A stretch of 64,000 nt of DNA from Polyangiales bacterium (GTDB lineage: Bacteria; Myxococcota_A; Polyangia; Polyangiales; Ga0077539), in the NCBI GenBank assembly GCA_044229975.1, contig JBGARZ010000002.1:480001-544000 (forward strand), written 5' to 3'. The notes under the pieces were generated by a model. The model made no database searches and was not told the DNA's origin. It saw only the letters and a list, made by a program, of their open reading frames with translations. Both the position numbers and the translations under genes were made by a program. The first letter of the stretch is position 1; every line of letters starts with the position of its first letter. Below are positions 31,700 to 39,028 of this stretch, in pieces.

Positions 31700-32404
31700 T
31701 CAGGGCCCGCGCAGCGCCGCCTCGACCGAGTCTCGCAGGGACGAGCCGGGGTACCGACGAAGGAAGCGCTCGGCCGTGCGCCGCGCCTCGTCTTCGCGGT
31801 GCAGCGCCATCAGGCAGCGCACCTTCAACGCCTCGCGCTCGGGCACGAGCTGACCGTGCGGGTGACGGCGCGCATGGCGGTGCAGGGCCTCCAATGCAGC
31901 CTCGGGCTGACCCGCGCGGAGTGAGCTGCGAGCGAGCTCCAGGGTCGCCTGCTCGGACGCCAGGTCGTCCTCGTCGGGCTCCTCGGCGCGCTCTCGCGGC
32001 GGTGGCCCAGCGTCGACGACGACCGCGGGGGTGACGATCGGCGCGGGCGTCGGGGGTGGCGCGGGCGTCGCCGACGCGACCGGCGGAGCAGGACGATCGA
32101 CGTACACCACGCGGGGTGGTGCGATGACCGGGACCACGACGGAGTGACGGAGGCGTTCGAGGGCTGTCCCCGCGAGGGCGCCGAGCGCAAAGGACACCAC
32201 CGTCAGCAATGCGCGATGGCTCAGCGCACGCCGCCACGGACCAGGCTTCGCGGGCGCGTGTCCACCGCCGAGGGCGGCGCGACGATCGACGCCGCGCAAC
32301 AGGCGCTCGGCCGCGGCGGGCGGCAGCGGATCGAGCTCGCGGCTCGCATCGAGCAGCGCGCGCAGGTCGTCGGAGAGGGGGGCGTCTCTCTCGTCGCCGC
32401 TCAT
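31700..32404 (-). CDS. Putative anti-sigma factor (single TM, Pro-rich linker, C-terminal TPR-like helices)
   Basis: Overlaps the ECF stop (ATGA). C-terminus LASEQATLELARSSL...HPHGQLVPEREAL...FLRRYPGS. Confidence 0.75.
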   Translation of the reverse strand: MSGDERDAPLSDDLRALLDASRELDPLPPAAAERLLRGVDRRAALGGGHAPAKPGPWRRALSHRALLTVVSFALGALAGTALERLRHSVVVPVIAPPRVVYVDRPAPPVASATPAPPPTPAPIVTPAVVVDAGPPPRERAEEPDEDDLASEQATLELARSSLRAGQPEAALEALHRHARRHPHGQLVPEREALKVRCLMALHREDEARRTAERFLRRYPGSSLRDSVEAALRGP

Positions 32405-32970
32405 GGCAGCACCCCCTGGTGACGCAGGCGCGTGACGGCGCCGCGGAAGTCTTCGCGCGCGAGGCGCAGCCGCGAGTACGCCGTGTTGAGGGCGATGCCC
32501 AGCGCGGTCGCGACCTCGGGGATCGCTACGCCGTCGAGCTCATGCAGGATGAAGACGGCGCGACGGTCTTCTTCGAGCGCGTCGAGGGCCCGGAGGACGG
32601 CCGTTCGCGCCTGGTGGGCGGCGACGGTCTCGTCTGCTCCTGGGGTGGTGTCGACGGCTTCAGGCACGGAGTCCTCGGGGCGTTCGGGGTGACGTCGACG
32701 GTAGCGCCGCCACTCGCTGGCGACCCGGTGGGCGATGCCGAAGAGCCACGGCCGCAGCGGCCGGGCGGCGTCGTACTGATCGAGCTGCCGGTACACCCGG
32801 AGCAGCACCTCCTGGGTGACATCGTCGAGGTCCGCGGGGCTTACGCCAAGGCGGCGGAGGGTGGTCCAGACGTAGCGGGCCTCGGCGTCGAAGATCGCGC
32901 GAAACTGCGGATCTTGCGACGGAGGTGGAGATCCCAGAGGCGGATCACCCGGCAGCATCAGGGACCACAT
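32401..32970 (-). CDS. ECF RNA polymerase sigma factor
   Basis: Region 2 DLDDVTQEVLL...LRPWLFGIA; region 4 RRAVFILHELDG...EVATALGIALNTAYSRLRLAR. Start is 32970 or 32958. Confidence 0.93.
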   Translation of the reverse strand: MWSLMLPGDPPLGSPPPSQDPQFRAIFDAEARYVWTTLRRLGVSPADLDDVTQEVLLRVYRQLDQYDAARPLRPWLFGIAHRVASEWRRYRRRHPERPEDSVPEAVDTTPGADETVAAHQARTAVLRALDALEEDRRAVFILHELDGVAIPEVATALGIALNTAYSRLRLAREDFRGAVTRLRHQGVLP

Positions 32971-32977
32971 CCGGTAC

Positions 32978-33005
32978 TTGGCCGCGACCGTCTCATTCCG
33001 TCACG
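32978..33005 (-). promoter_or_regulatory. Putative ECF promoter, copy 1 (CGTGACGGA-N13-GGCCAA)
   Basis: Immediately upstream of the ECF gene; the same motif and spacing recur at 36183-36210. Confidence 0.65.
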
Positions 33006-33026
33006 ACATGTCAACGACTCGTGAGC

Positions 33027-33158
33027 CGTCGCAGGAGTTCTGACGGGCTGAAGAGGGCGCAAGGACGAGATGAGTTGAGGGTGAGTCGCTCGAGTCGTTC
33101 CTCCCTCGCGACCCTTGCGCCCTCGCGCCCTCTTCAAGCCGCTAGAACTCCTGCGACG
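33027..33158. repeat. 132-bp palindromic element with 34-bp imperfect terminal inverted repeats (REP/MITE-like)
   Basis: 33027-33060 is cgtcgcaggagttctgacgggctgaagagggcgc; the reverse complement of 33125-33158 is cgtcgcaggagttctagcggcttgaagagggcgc. An internal pair gagggcgcaagg/ccttgcgccctc is also present. Confidence 0.8.
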
Positions 33159-33163
33159 AGGTG

Positions 33164-34174
33164 CTAGGGCGCGAGCTCGACGCCCAGCGCGAGCGTCGCG
33201 GCGACGAGCGGTGTCTCCCACGCCGTCTGGTCGTCGATGAGCAGCGTCGTCGGCGTCAGGGCAAAGTGCACCTCCGCCGCGACACGCCAGCGCAGCGGCC
33301 CCGCGAGCGGCGCGCTCCACGCCACCCTCGCCCCGGCGCGGACGTGTGGCGTCGGCTCACGGTAGGCGATGGAAACCTCGTCGCCCTCCGACACGAGCGC
33401 TCCTGCGAGCACGAGCGCGCCGACCGAGAGGTCGCCGAAGCGATACGCGACCGTAAGACCGACCAGCAGCGGAAGGACATCCACCGTCCCGAAGTTCTGG
33501 CGCTCGCTCGTTGGGAGAAACGCGCGCACATCGAGACCCAGCGCGTAGCGACGGCGCACGAGCGACGCCCCCAGCGAGAGTCCCCACGCCGCGTCGGGCG
33601 AGAGGTTGATCGCGAGCATGGCATCGAGTCCCACGCGCGCCGACCACCTGTCTGGGGCAGGTCCGCGCGGCCGCGAAGGCGGAGTTGGCACTGGCTGCGG
33701 GGGCGGCGGCGCGACGGGTGGTGCGACGACGGCGATCGGGGTGGGCGGCGGCTCGGGCGGCACAACGGGTGGTGACGGCTCGACGGCGCGCGGCGGTGGC
33801 GCGGCCGTGAGGGTGTCGAGGGCGAGGACGAGGGAGAGCACCACGGAGGTCGAGAGCGCGGCGCAGTCGCGTTGCCGAGAGCGCAGCGTGCGTGGTCGGA
33901 GCGAGGCGCCGGTGCCCTCGGAGCGGACCTCCGCGGTGAGCTCGCGTCGATGGCGCGCGAAGGACACGCGGACGTGCAGCGGTGCGTCGGTGCGGAAGGG
34001 ATCGAAGCCGAGGCGCGTGCGCACCGCGTCGGCGATGGCGTCGGTGCTGGGGCAGGAGGTGGCGCCGTCGGCGCGGTCGACGGCGAGGCTCACGGCGGGG
34101 CGCTCCTGCGCGCGGAGGGACGGCGCCCAGGCGAGCAGCAGGAGCGTGACGGAGAGCGTGCGAGGCGAGGCCAT
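33164..34174 (-). CDS. Exported hypothetical protein (two-Cys N-domain, Pro-rich linker, predicted beta-barrel-like C-terminus)
   Basis: Signal peptide ...LRAQ; SCP...RLGFDPF...RDC; alternating beta-strand pattern ending LALGVELAP. Confidence 0.7.
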   Translation of the reverse strand: MASPRTLSVTLLLLAWAPSLRAQERPAVSLAVDRADGATSCPSTDAIADAVRTRLGFDPFRTDAPLHVRVSFARHRRELTAEVRSEGTGASLRPRTLRSRQRDCAALSTSVVLSLVLALDTLTAAPPPRAVEPSPPVVPPEPPPTPIAVVAPPVAPPPPQPVPTPPSRPRGPAPDRWSARVGLDAMLAINLSPDAAWGLSLGASLVRRRYALGLDVRAFLPTSERQNFGTVDVLPLLVGLTVAYRFGDLSVGALVLAGALVSEGDEVSIAYREPTPHVRAGARVAWSAPLAGPLRWRVAAEVHFALTPTTLLIDDQTAWETPLVAATLALGVELAP

Positions 34175-34242
34175 CGGAGGGAGGAGGACGCTGTGTACCT
34201 CACAGCGGCGCGAGACACTCTACGGACGATCGCCGCGGCGCT

Positions 34243-36003
34243 TCACGACGCGTACGGGCGCGGCGCGACGTCGACCTGGACCTCCGTGAGGATGAAGTTG
34301 CCCGGGCTCCCCGAGCTCGACGCGGTGCCGGGCCCGTTGGACGGGAGCCGCGTGTCCTCCATGGCCTCGATGCGCAGCCCGGTGATGCGATGGAGCGGCG
34401 TGTCGAGCGTGACCGTATACGTCGAGGTGGCCGAGGCGCCCGAGGCGTAGAGCGATCCGTCGCTCTGGGCCGTGAGCGTGACGCCGTCCGAGGCGACGGC
34501 GGAGAGGATGGCGGGCACCACCCAGATCGCGGGGAGACCGACGTTGCCGCCCGTGGCGAGGCCGTCGGCGAAGTCGTCGCGCGACGCAGTGGTTACCGCG
34601 AGACGGAAGCGGCCGAGGCGATGCGGGGTGGAGTTGGCCTGGATGAGGCGAACCACCAGGCGGGTGCCGTTGGGGTAGGCCACCGTGTCGGTGGAGAGCT
34701 CGAAGGCAGCGGTCTCGGCGCTGGTGGCGCCGCTGGCGCGCGCGATGGCCCAGCCGCCGTTGGCGACGCCGGTGTCGACCGCGCGGCTCACGGCGTAGCC
34801 GTCCTGCGAGAAGGTCGCGGCGGCGGTGGCGAAGGTGATGGGCGTGGCGCCCGCGAAGAGCGTCGGCCCCTGGGTGAAGACGATCTCGGAGAGGACGAAG
34901 TTGCCGTCGCCCGCGCGGCCAGGACCGTTGGTGGGCAGCGACGGGTCGCCGATGGCGTCGAGGCGGAAGCCCGTGATCCCCACGAGCGAGGTGCCGAGGA
35001 TGACGCGGAAGTGCGCGAGCCCCGCCGCCGAGCCGCTCGCGATGATCGCGCCGTCGGGGCGGATGGTGAGCGCGCCGACGTCGGTGGTCGCGAGGACAGG
35101 GGTGAGCTGGGTCCAGATGGCGTTGGGCCCGATCTGGCCACCGCTGGCGAGGCCGTCGGCGAACATCGAGCGGTCGGCGGTGGTCGCATACAGACGGAAG
35201 GCGCCGAGGTGGTAGCCGTCGATGGTGGTGAAGTTCAGGTCGACGTTGACCTGCGTTCCGTTGGGGTAGATCGGGGTGTTGGTGACGGTCTCGAACACCG
35301 CCGACTGAGGGCTCGTGGCGCCGTCGCCGCTGATGGCCCAGCCGTCGTTGCCCGAGCCCGCGGGGATGATCCCGTTGGCGGCCTCGCTCACGGGATAGAG
35401 GGCCTGCGAGAAGGTGGCGGCGGAGGGTCCGAGTGGTACGGGCGCGAGCATCGGGAGCGACGCGTCGGGCGCGTCGGGCGCAACGTCGCGCGGGACGTCC
35501 ACGCCCGCGTCGAAGCCGGCGTCCGTGCCGGTGTCGGTGCGAACGTCCATCCCGACATCGAAGCCAACATCGAACCCGGCATCGAAGCCAGCGTCGAAGC
35601 CCGCATCGAAGCCCGCATCGGTGGGCGCAGTACCCGCGTCGGTCGCGGGCGATCCGGCGTCGCTGCCGACGTCCTCGGGCGCGGGGACATCGGGCGCGGG
35701 GACGTCCTCGCCCACGTCGACCGCGAGCACATCGACGACGTCGACCGCCGGGACGTCGGGCGTCACGACGGGCACATCCACCGCGTTGCCACGATCATCC
35801 GATGCGCCGCGATCATCCGATGCGCCGCGATCATCGAAGGTGCCGCGGTCTTCGGCGGTCCCGCGATCGTCGACCAACGCCGCATCGGCGTCCGGTACAT
35901 CGGGAAGCGGAGGGACGATGGACTCTGGATCACCGCACCCTTCCAGCGCGAGGAGCGCGAGCGCGAGCAGTCCGACGTGACGACCCTTGGCGAATCTCTT
36001 CAT
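34243..36003 (-). CDS. Lipoprotein with an Asp-rich repeat linker and two tandem ~190-aa beta-rich domains
   Basis: MKRFAKGRHVGLLALALLALEGC; both repeats run AATFSQ...GWAI...YPNGT...LG.FRL..TT..R..FADGLA.GG...ITG.R..A..D..LP.NGPG...GNF.L.E. Confidence 0.8.
   Translation of the reverse strand: MKRFAKGRHVGLLALALLALEGCGDPESIVPPLPDVPDADAALVDDRGTAEDRGTFDDRGASDDRGASDDRGNAVDVPVVTPDVPAVDVVDVLAVDVGEDVPAPDVPAPEDVGSDAGSPATDAGTAPTDAGFDAGFDAGFDAGFDVGFDVGMDVRTDTGTDAGFDAGVDVPRDVAPDAPDASLPMLAPVPLGPSAATFSQALYPVSEAANGIIPAGSGNDGWAISGDGATSPQSAVFETVTNTPIYPNGTQVNVDLNFTTIDGYHLGAFRLYATTADRSMFADGLASGGQIGPNAIWTQLTPVLATTDVGALTIRPDGAIIASGSAAGLAHFRVILGTSLVGITGFRLDAIGDPSLPTNGPGRAGDGNFVLSEIVFTQGPTLFAGATPITFATAAATFSQDGYAVSRAVDTGVANGGWAIARASGATSAETAAFELSTDTVAYPNGTRLVVRLIQANSTPHRLGRFRLAVTTASRDDFADGLATGGNVGLPAIWVVPAILSAVASDGVTLTAQSDGSLYASGASATSTYTVTLDTPLHRITGLRIEAMEDTRLPSNGPGTASSSGSPGNFILTEVQVDVAPRPYAS
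35551..35619 (-). repeat. 12-bp coding tandem repeat (DAGF/DVGF)
   Basis: Units like gcatcgaagccc encode DAGFDAGFDAGFDVGFDVG. Confidence 0.8.
35788..35871 (-). repeat. 18-bp coding tandem repeat (DDRGAS-like, about 5 units)
   Basis: Units gccgcgatcatccgatgc encode DDRGTAEDRGTFDDRGASDDRGASDDRG. Confidence 0.8.
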
Positions 36004-36182
36004 CCATCTCTCCTGACGTTGAGGTCCTTGCGGGCGTGAGGAGGCGATCGCGCGCGAGCACCTCCGCTCGACGCACCGTCGGTCCCTCAGCACGCGACGA
36101 TCGCGACGGCGCCTCGTGGGCACCGCGCGACCGTCCACTCCCCCGCCGCGCTCACACGAGCGTGGTGGGTCTCTCCGGGGGA

Positions 36183-36210
36183 TTGGCCTCCCGTCCGAAG
36201 GTCCGTCACG
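36183..36210 (-). promoter_or_regulatory. Putative ECF promoter, copy 2 (CGTGACGGA-N13-GGCCAA)
   Basis: In the intergenic region about 180 nt upstream of the lipoprotein at 36003; matches copy 1. Confidence 0.6.
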
Positions 36211-36232
36211 GAATCGTACGGGCGGACGACGA

Positions 36233-36877
36233 TCACACGCCGTCGAGCGAAACCGCCGTGACGTTGCCCGGGTCGGCGAAGCGTTGGTCGTCGGCGAGCG
36301 CGCGAGCGAGCGCCTCGTCGGTCGCACCGTCGGCGAGTTCGACGGGGTAACCGCGCACCCCGGCGTCGCCCATCCACAGGTGTTCGTAGAGCGCGTGGCC
36401 GAAGAGGACGCGGCGGTCGGGACCGCACAGCACGCCGCCCTCGTCGATCATGGCGAGGGTGTCCTGCTCGCGCGAGCGGGCGTTGGGCAGGCGGACGAGC
36501 TCGACCCCGAGGCGACGGACGTGGGCGTCGTGCTGCCGCCGCGCGAGGGCTCTCTTGGCCAGCGGAAAGGACGCCCAGACGAGCGCGTTGAAGAGGTCGT
36601 GCGGGTTGCCGAGGCGGGTCGCCACGAGGCCCTCGCGGTGGATGCGAACGTCGTACAGCGCCGAGACGTCGCGCCGCTTCGCCCGCCGACTACGCGGCGC
36701 GGACGGGGCAAACTCCACGCGAGACAGCCCCGACGGGTTGACGTGGACATCGAGGCGACGATTGAGTTCGTCGAGCGAGGGCCAATCGGAGAGATCGCGG
36801 AGGGAGGAGGCGGCGGGGCGGAGGTCGCGGCACCAGGGCGCGTCGACGAAGGCCGTCGACCAGGGCGGAGGCGCCAC
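36233..36877 (-). CDS. DUF3025 family protein
   Basis: VATRLGNPHDLFNALVWASFPLAK, DTLAMIDEGG and FGHALYE. Confidence 0.8.
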   Translation of the reverse strand: MAPPPWSTAFVDAPWCRDLRPAASSLRDLSDWPSLDELNRRLDVHVNPSGLSRVEFAPSAPRSRRAKRRDVSALYDVRIHREGLVATRLGNPHDLFNALVWASFPLAKRALARRQHDAHVRRLGVELVRLPNARSREQDTLAMIDEGGVLCGPDRRVLFGHALYEHLWMGDAGVRGYPVELADGATDEALARALADDQRFADPGNVTAVSLDGV

Positions 36878-36889
36878 CGCGCGATCCTG

Positions 36890-37606
36890 TCAGGTGAGGC
36901 TCTCGGCGACGAAGATCACGTCGTCGGGGAGGAGGTCGAAGTCGGCCACGCGCCCTTCGGCGATGTCCTCGGCGCGCAGCACGAAGGTGCGACGGTGGGC
37001 CACGCCGCTGTCGGCGTCGCGGTCGAGGCGGGTGACGCGCACGGTGTTCTTGTCCGCGACTGCCGTGAAGCCGCCCGCGAGCGCGATGGCCTGCGAGAGC
37101 GTGAGGCACTGCTGGTGGGGAAACACACCCGGGTGCTGCACCTGGCCGAAGATCGAGATGCGGCGGCTGTTGATCTCGCGCACCTCGACGCGCACCGTCG
37201 GGTCGCGGAGGATGTTCTGCCCTCGAAAGCTGTCGGGTGAGCTCGCACCGACGCGCGGACCCAGGCGCTCGACCAGTTGCGTCGCCTGAGCACGGACCTC
37301 CGGGGTGTCTTCACCGAGGCGAAGCCGAAGCATGTCAGCCAGCTCGCTGGACTGGAGGTTGGTCACACGCACCCGACCCAGGTACGGGTAGGTGATGGTT
37401 CCGTCTTCCCCGACGCGGTAATCGCCCGTGAAGTTGGCCTCGTTGAAGACCGTGACCGTGAGCACGTCGCGCGGGCCGATGCCGATCGCGATGTTGTTGC
37501 ACGCCGAGCGCGGCGGAAGCGTCGCGCCGATGGGACGACGACAGCCCCCCATCATCGCGACGACGAGGAGGGAGGTGATCACGAGGGGGCGGTGCTGGGG
37601 GATCAT
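36890..37606 (-). CDS. Polysaccharide export (Wza-like Poly_export + SLBB) lipoprotein
   Basis: Lipobox MGGC; IGPRDVLTVTVF...DGTITYPYLG; IFGQVQHPG, AIALAGGFT and LLPDDVIFVAES. Confidence 0.88.
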   Translation of the reverse strand: MIPQHRPLVITSLLVVAMMGGCRRPIGATLPPRSACNNIAIGIGPRDVLTVTVFNEANFTGDYRVGEDGTITYPYLGRVRVTNLQSSELADMLRLRLGEDTPEVRAQATQLVERLGPRVGASSPDSFRGQNILRDPTVRVEVREINSRRISIFGQVQHPGVFPHQQCLTLSQAIALAGGFTAVADKNTVRVTRLDRDADSGVAHRRTFVLRAEDIAEGRVADFDLLPDDVIFVAESLT

Positions 37607-37749
37607 GGGGCGGCAGGTCAGTGGGTGCGTCGGGTCGTCGCGAAGTTCACCGCAACGCCCCGGGGAGTATCCCCTCCGAGGTCGCCGTGGCAACGGGATT
37701 GGGCCGGGAAGTTGCTCCCCACGCGGTCGGGCGTGCTAGCGCGACCGTC

Positions 37750-38982
37750 GTGCGTCGCTGGTCCCACATCGCGCTCTCGGTCGTGGCCTCCATCGCCGCT
37801 CCAGGGTGCCGCTCCCGCTCCAACTCGCCCGCCGACGCGGCCGTGGTCTCGTCGGCCCGCACGCCCCGCGAGGCACCTCCGACGGCCCCGATTCCGCTGC
37901 GCGCTCCGACCGCCGACACGGGCGCCTCGGCCGCGGTGACTACCCGACCGCTCCCCTCGGCGGGCGCCGTTGTCTCCGTCCCCGCGGGGTCCTTCGCGCT
38001 CGGCAGCACGCCGGGTGATCCCGGTCGCGACCCGGCCGTCGAGGCCGACCTCCCGCGGGTGCAGCTCCCGGCGTTTACCATCGACGCGCTCCCGTATCCC
38101 AACGACCCGGCGACGGCGCCCACCACCGGGCTCACCCGCGAGGCCGCCGAGCGCGCGTGCGGCGAGCGTGGCCGTCGGCTCTGCTCGGAGCTCGAATGGG
38201 AGCGCGCCTGCAAGGGCCCCGGCAACACGATGTACCCGGGCGGCGCGGCCTGGGGCGGCGCGCAGTGCACCGCGGGCGACCTCGGGCGCTGCGCCTCCTC
38301 CGAGGGAACCCTCGCGATGGGAACGCGCCTCGCCGAGTGGACCCGCGACGACATCGACACCCGCGCCATCATCCGCGGCGCCGGCGCGACCGCCGCCGGA
38401 CCGCAGCACCGCTGCGCCGCGAGGCGAACGGCGCTCGCCAGCCAGGCCGGGCTCGACGTGACCTTTCGCTGCTGCGGCGGCGCGGCGCCGCCCGCCGTGA
38501 CGTACCCGCGGGAAGTCTCGCGGCGTCCGTTTCGCGAAGAGCCGATGACGGCACAGCAGGTGTCGGCCATCGTCGCTTCGGTGCCCGAGCTGGAGCGACT
38601 GCACCTCCGCGACGGCCTCGCGATGTTTCTCCCGGGCGCCATCAACGAGGTGATGAACCACGGCGCGACGACCGTCGAGATGCACCCGGAGTTCACCATC
38701 ACGGTCAACCCGGTGCGCTGGAGCCCGACCTTCGGCGAGGAGATCGTGGTGCTCGCAGCGCGGTCGCGCGTCGGGAGCTGGGTCGCGGCGCTGTGGGTGC
38801 TGCCCGACGGTCGCTACCGCCACGCGTCGAGCTTCCTGCTCCAGAACGACGCCGTCGCCATCGCGCTCGCCTACGGCGACGCCCGCCGCGAGGTGGTCTG
38901 GTCGTCGTGCTGGAACTGCGGCGGCGAACACGGCGCCGTCTCGTACACGGACGAGAACCGCGTGCTCATCGTGCAGCGCTGA
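37750..38982 (+). CDS. Lipoprotein with an FGE/SUMF1-like domain and an unknown C-terminal domain
   Basis: GTG start MRRWSHIALSVVASIAAPGC; VPAGSFALGS, RRLCSELEWERACKG, LAEWT and FRCC. Confidence 0.78.
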   Translation: MRRWSHIALSVVASIAAPGCRSRSNSPADAAVVSSARTPREAPPTAPIPLRAPTADTGASAAVTTRPLPSAGAVVSVPAGSFALGSTPGDPGRDPAVEADLPRVQLPAFTIDALPYPNDPATAPTTGLTREAAERACGERGRRLCSELEWERACKGPGNTMYPGGAAWGGAQCTAGDLGRCASSEGTLAMGTRLAEWTRDDIDTRAIIRGAGATAAGPQHRCAARRTALASQAGLDVTFRCCGGAAPPAVTYPREVSRRPFREEPMTAQQVSAIVASVPELERLHLRDGLAMFLPGAINEVMNHGATTVEMHPEFTITVNPVRWSPTFGEEIVVLAARSRVGSWVAALWVLPDGRYRHASSFLLQNDAVAIALAYGDARREVVWSSCWNCGGEHGAVSYTDENRVLIVQR

Positions 38983-39028
38983 GCTTCGCCCTCCCACCCG
39001 TCGGCCCGGTCGGGCGATACTCCGCCGG

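Noticed and set aside
34189..34207. Small inverted repeat cgctgtg-tacct-cacagcg between two ECF-cluster genes
   Set aside because: Only a 7-bp stem, no U tract and no second copy seen, so it cannot be distinguished from chance.
35551..35871. Short periodic repeats considered as a CRISPR array
   Set aside because: The units are 12 and 18 bp, in-frame, without unique spacers, inside a CDS, and there are no cas genes.
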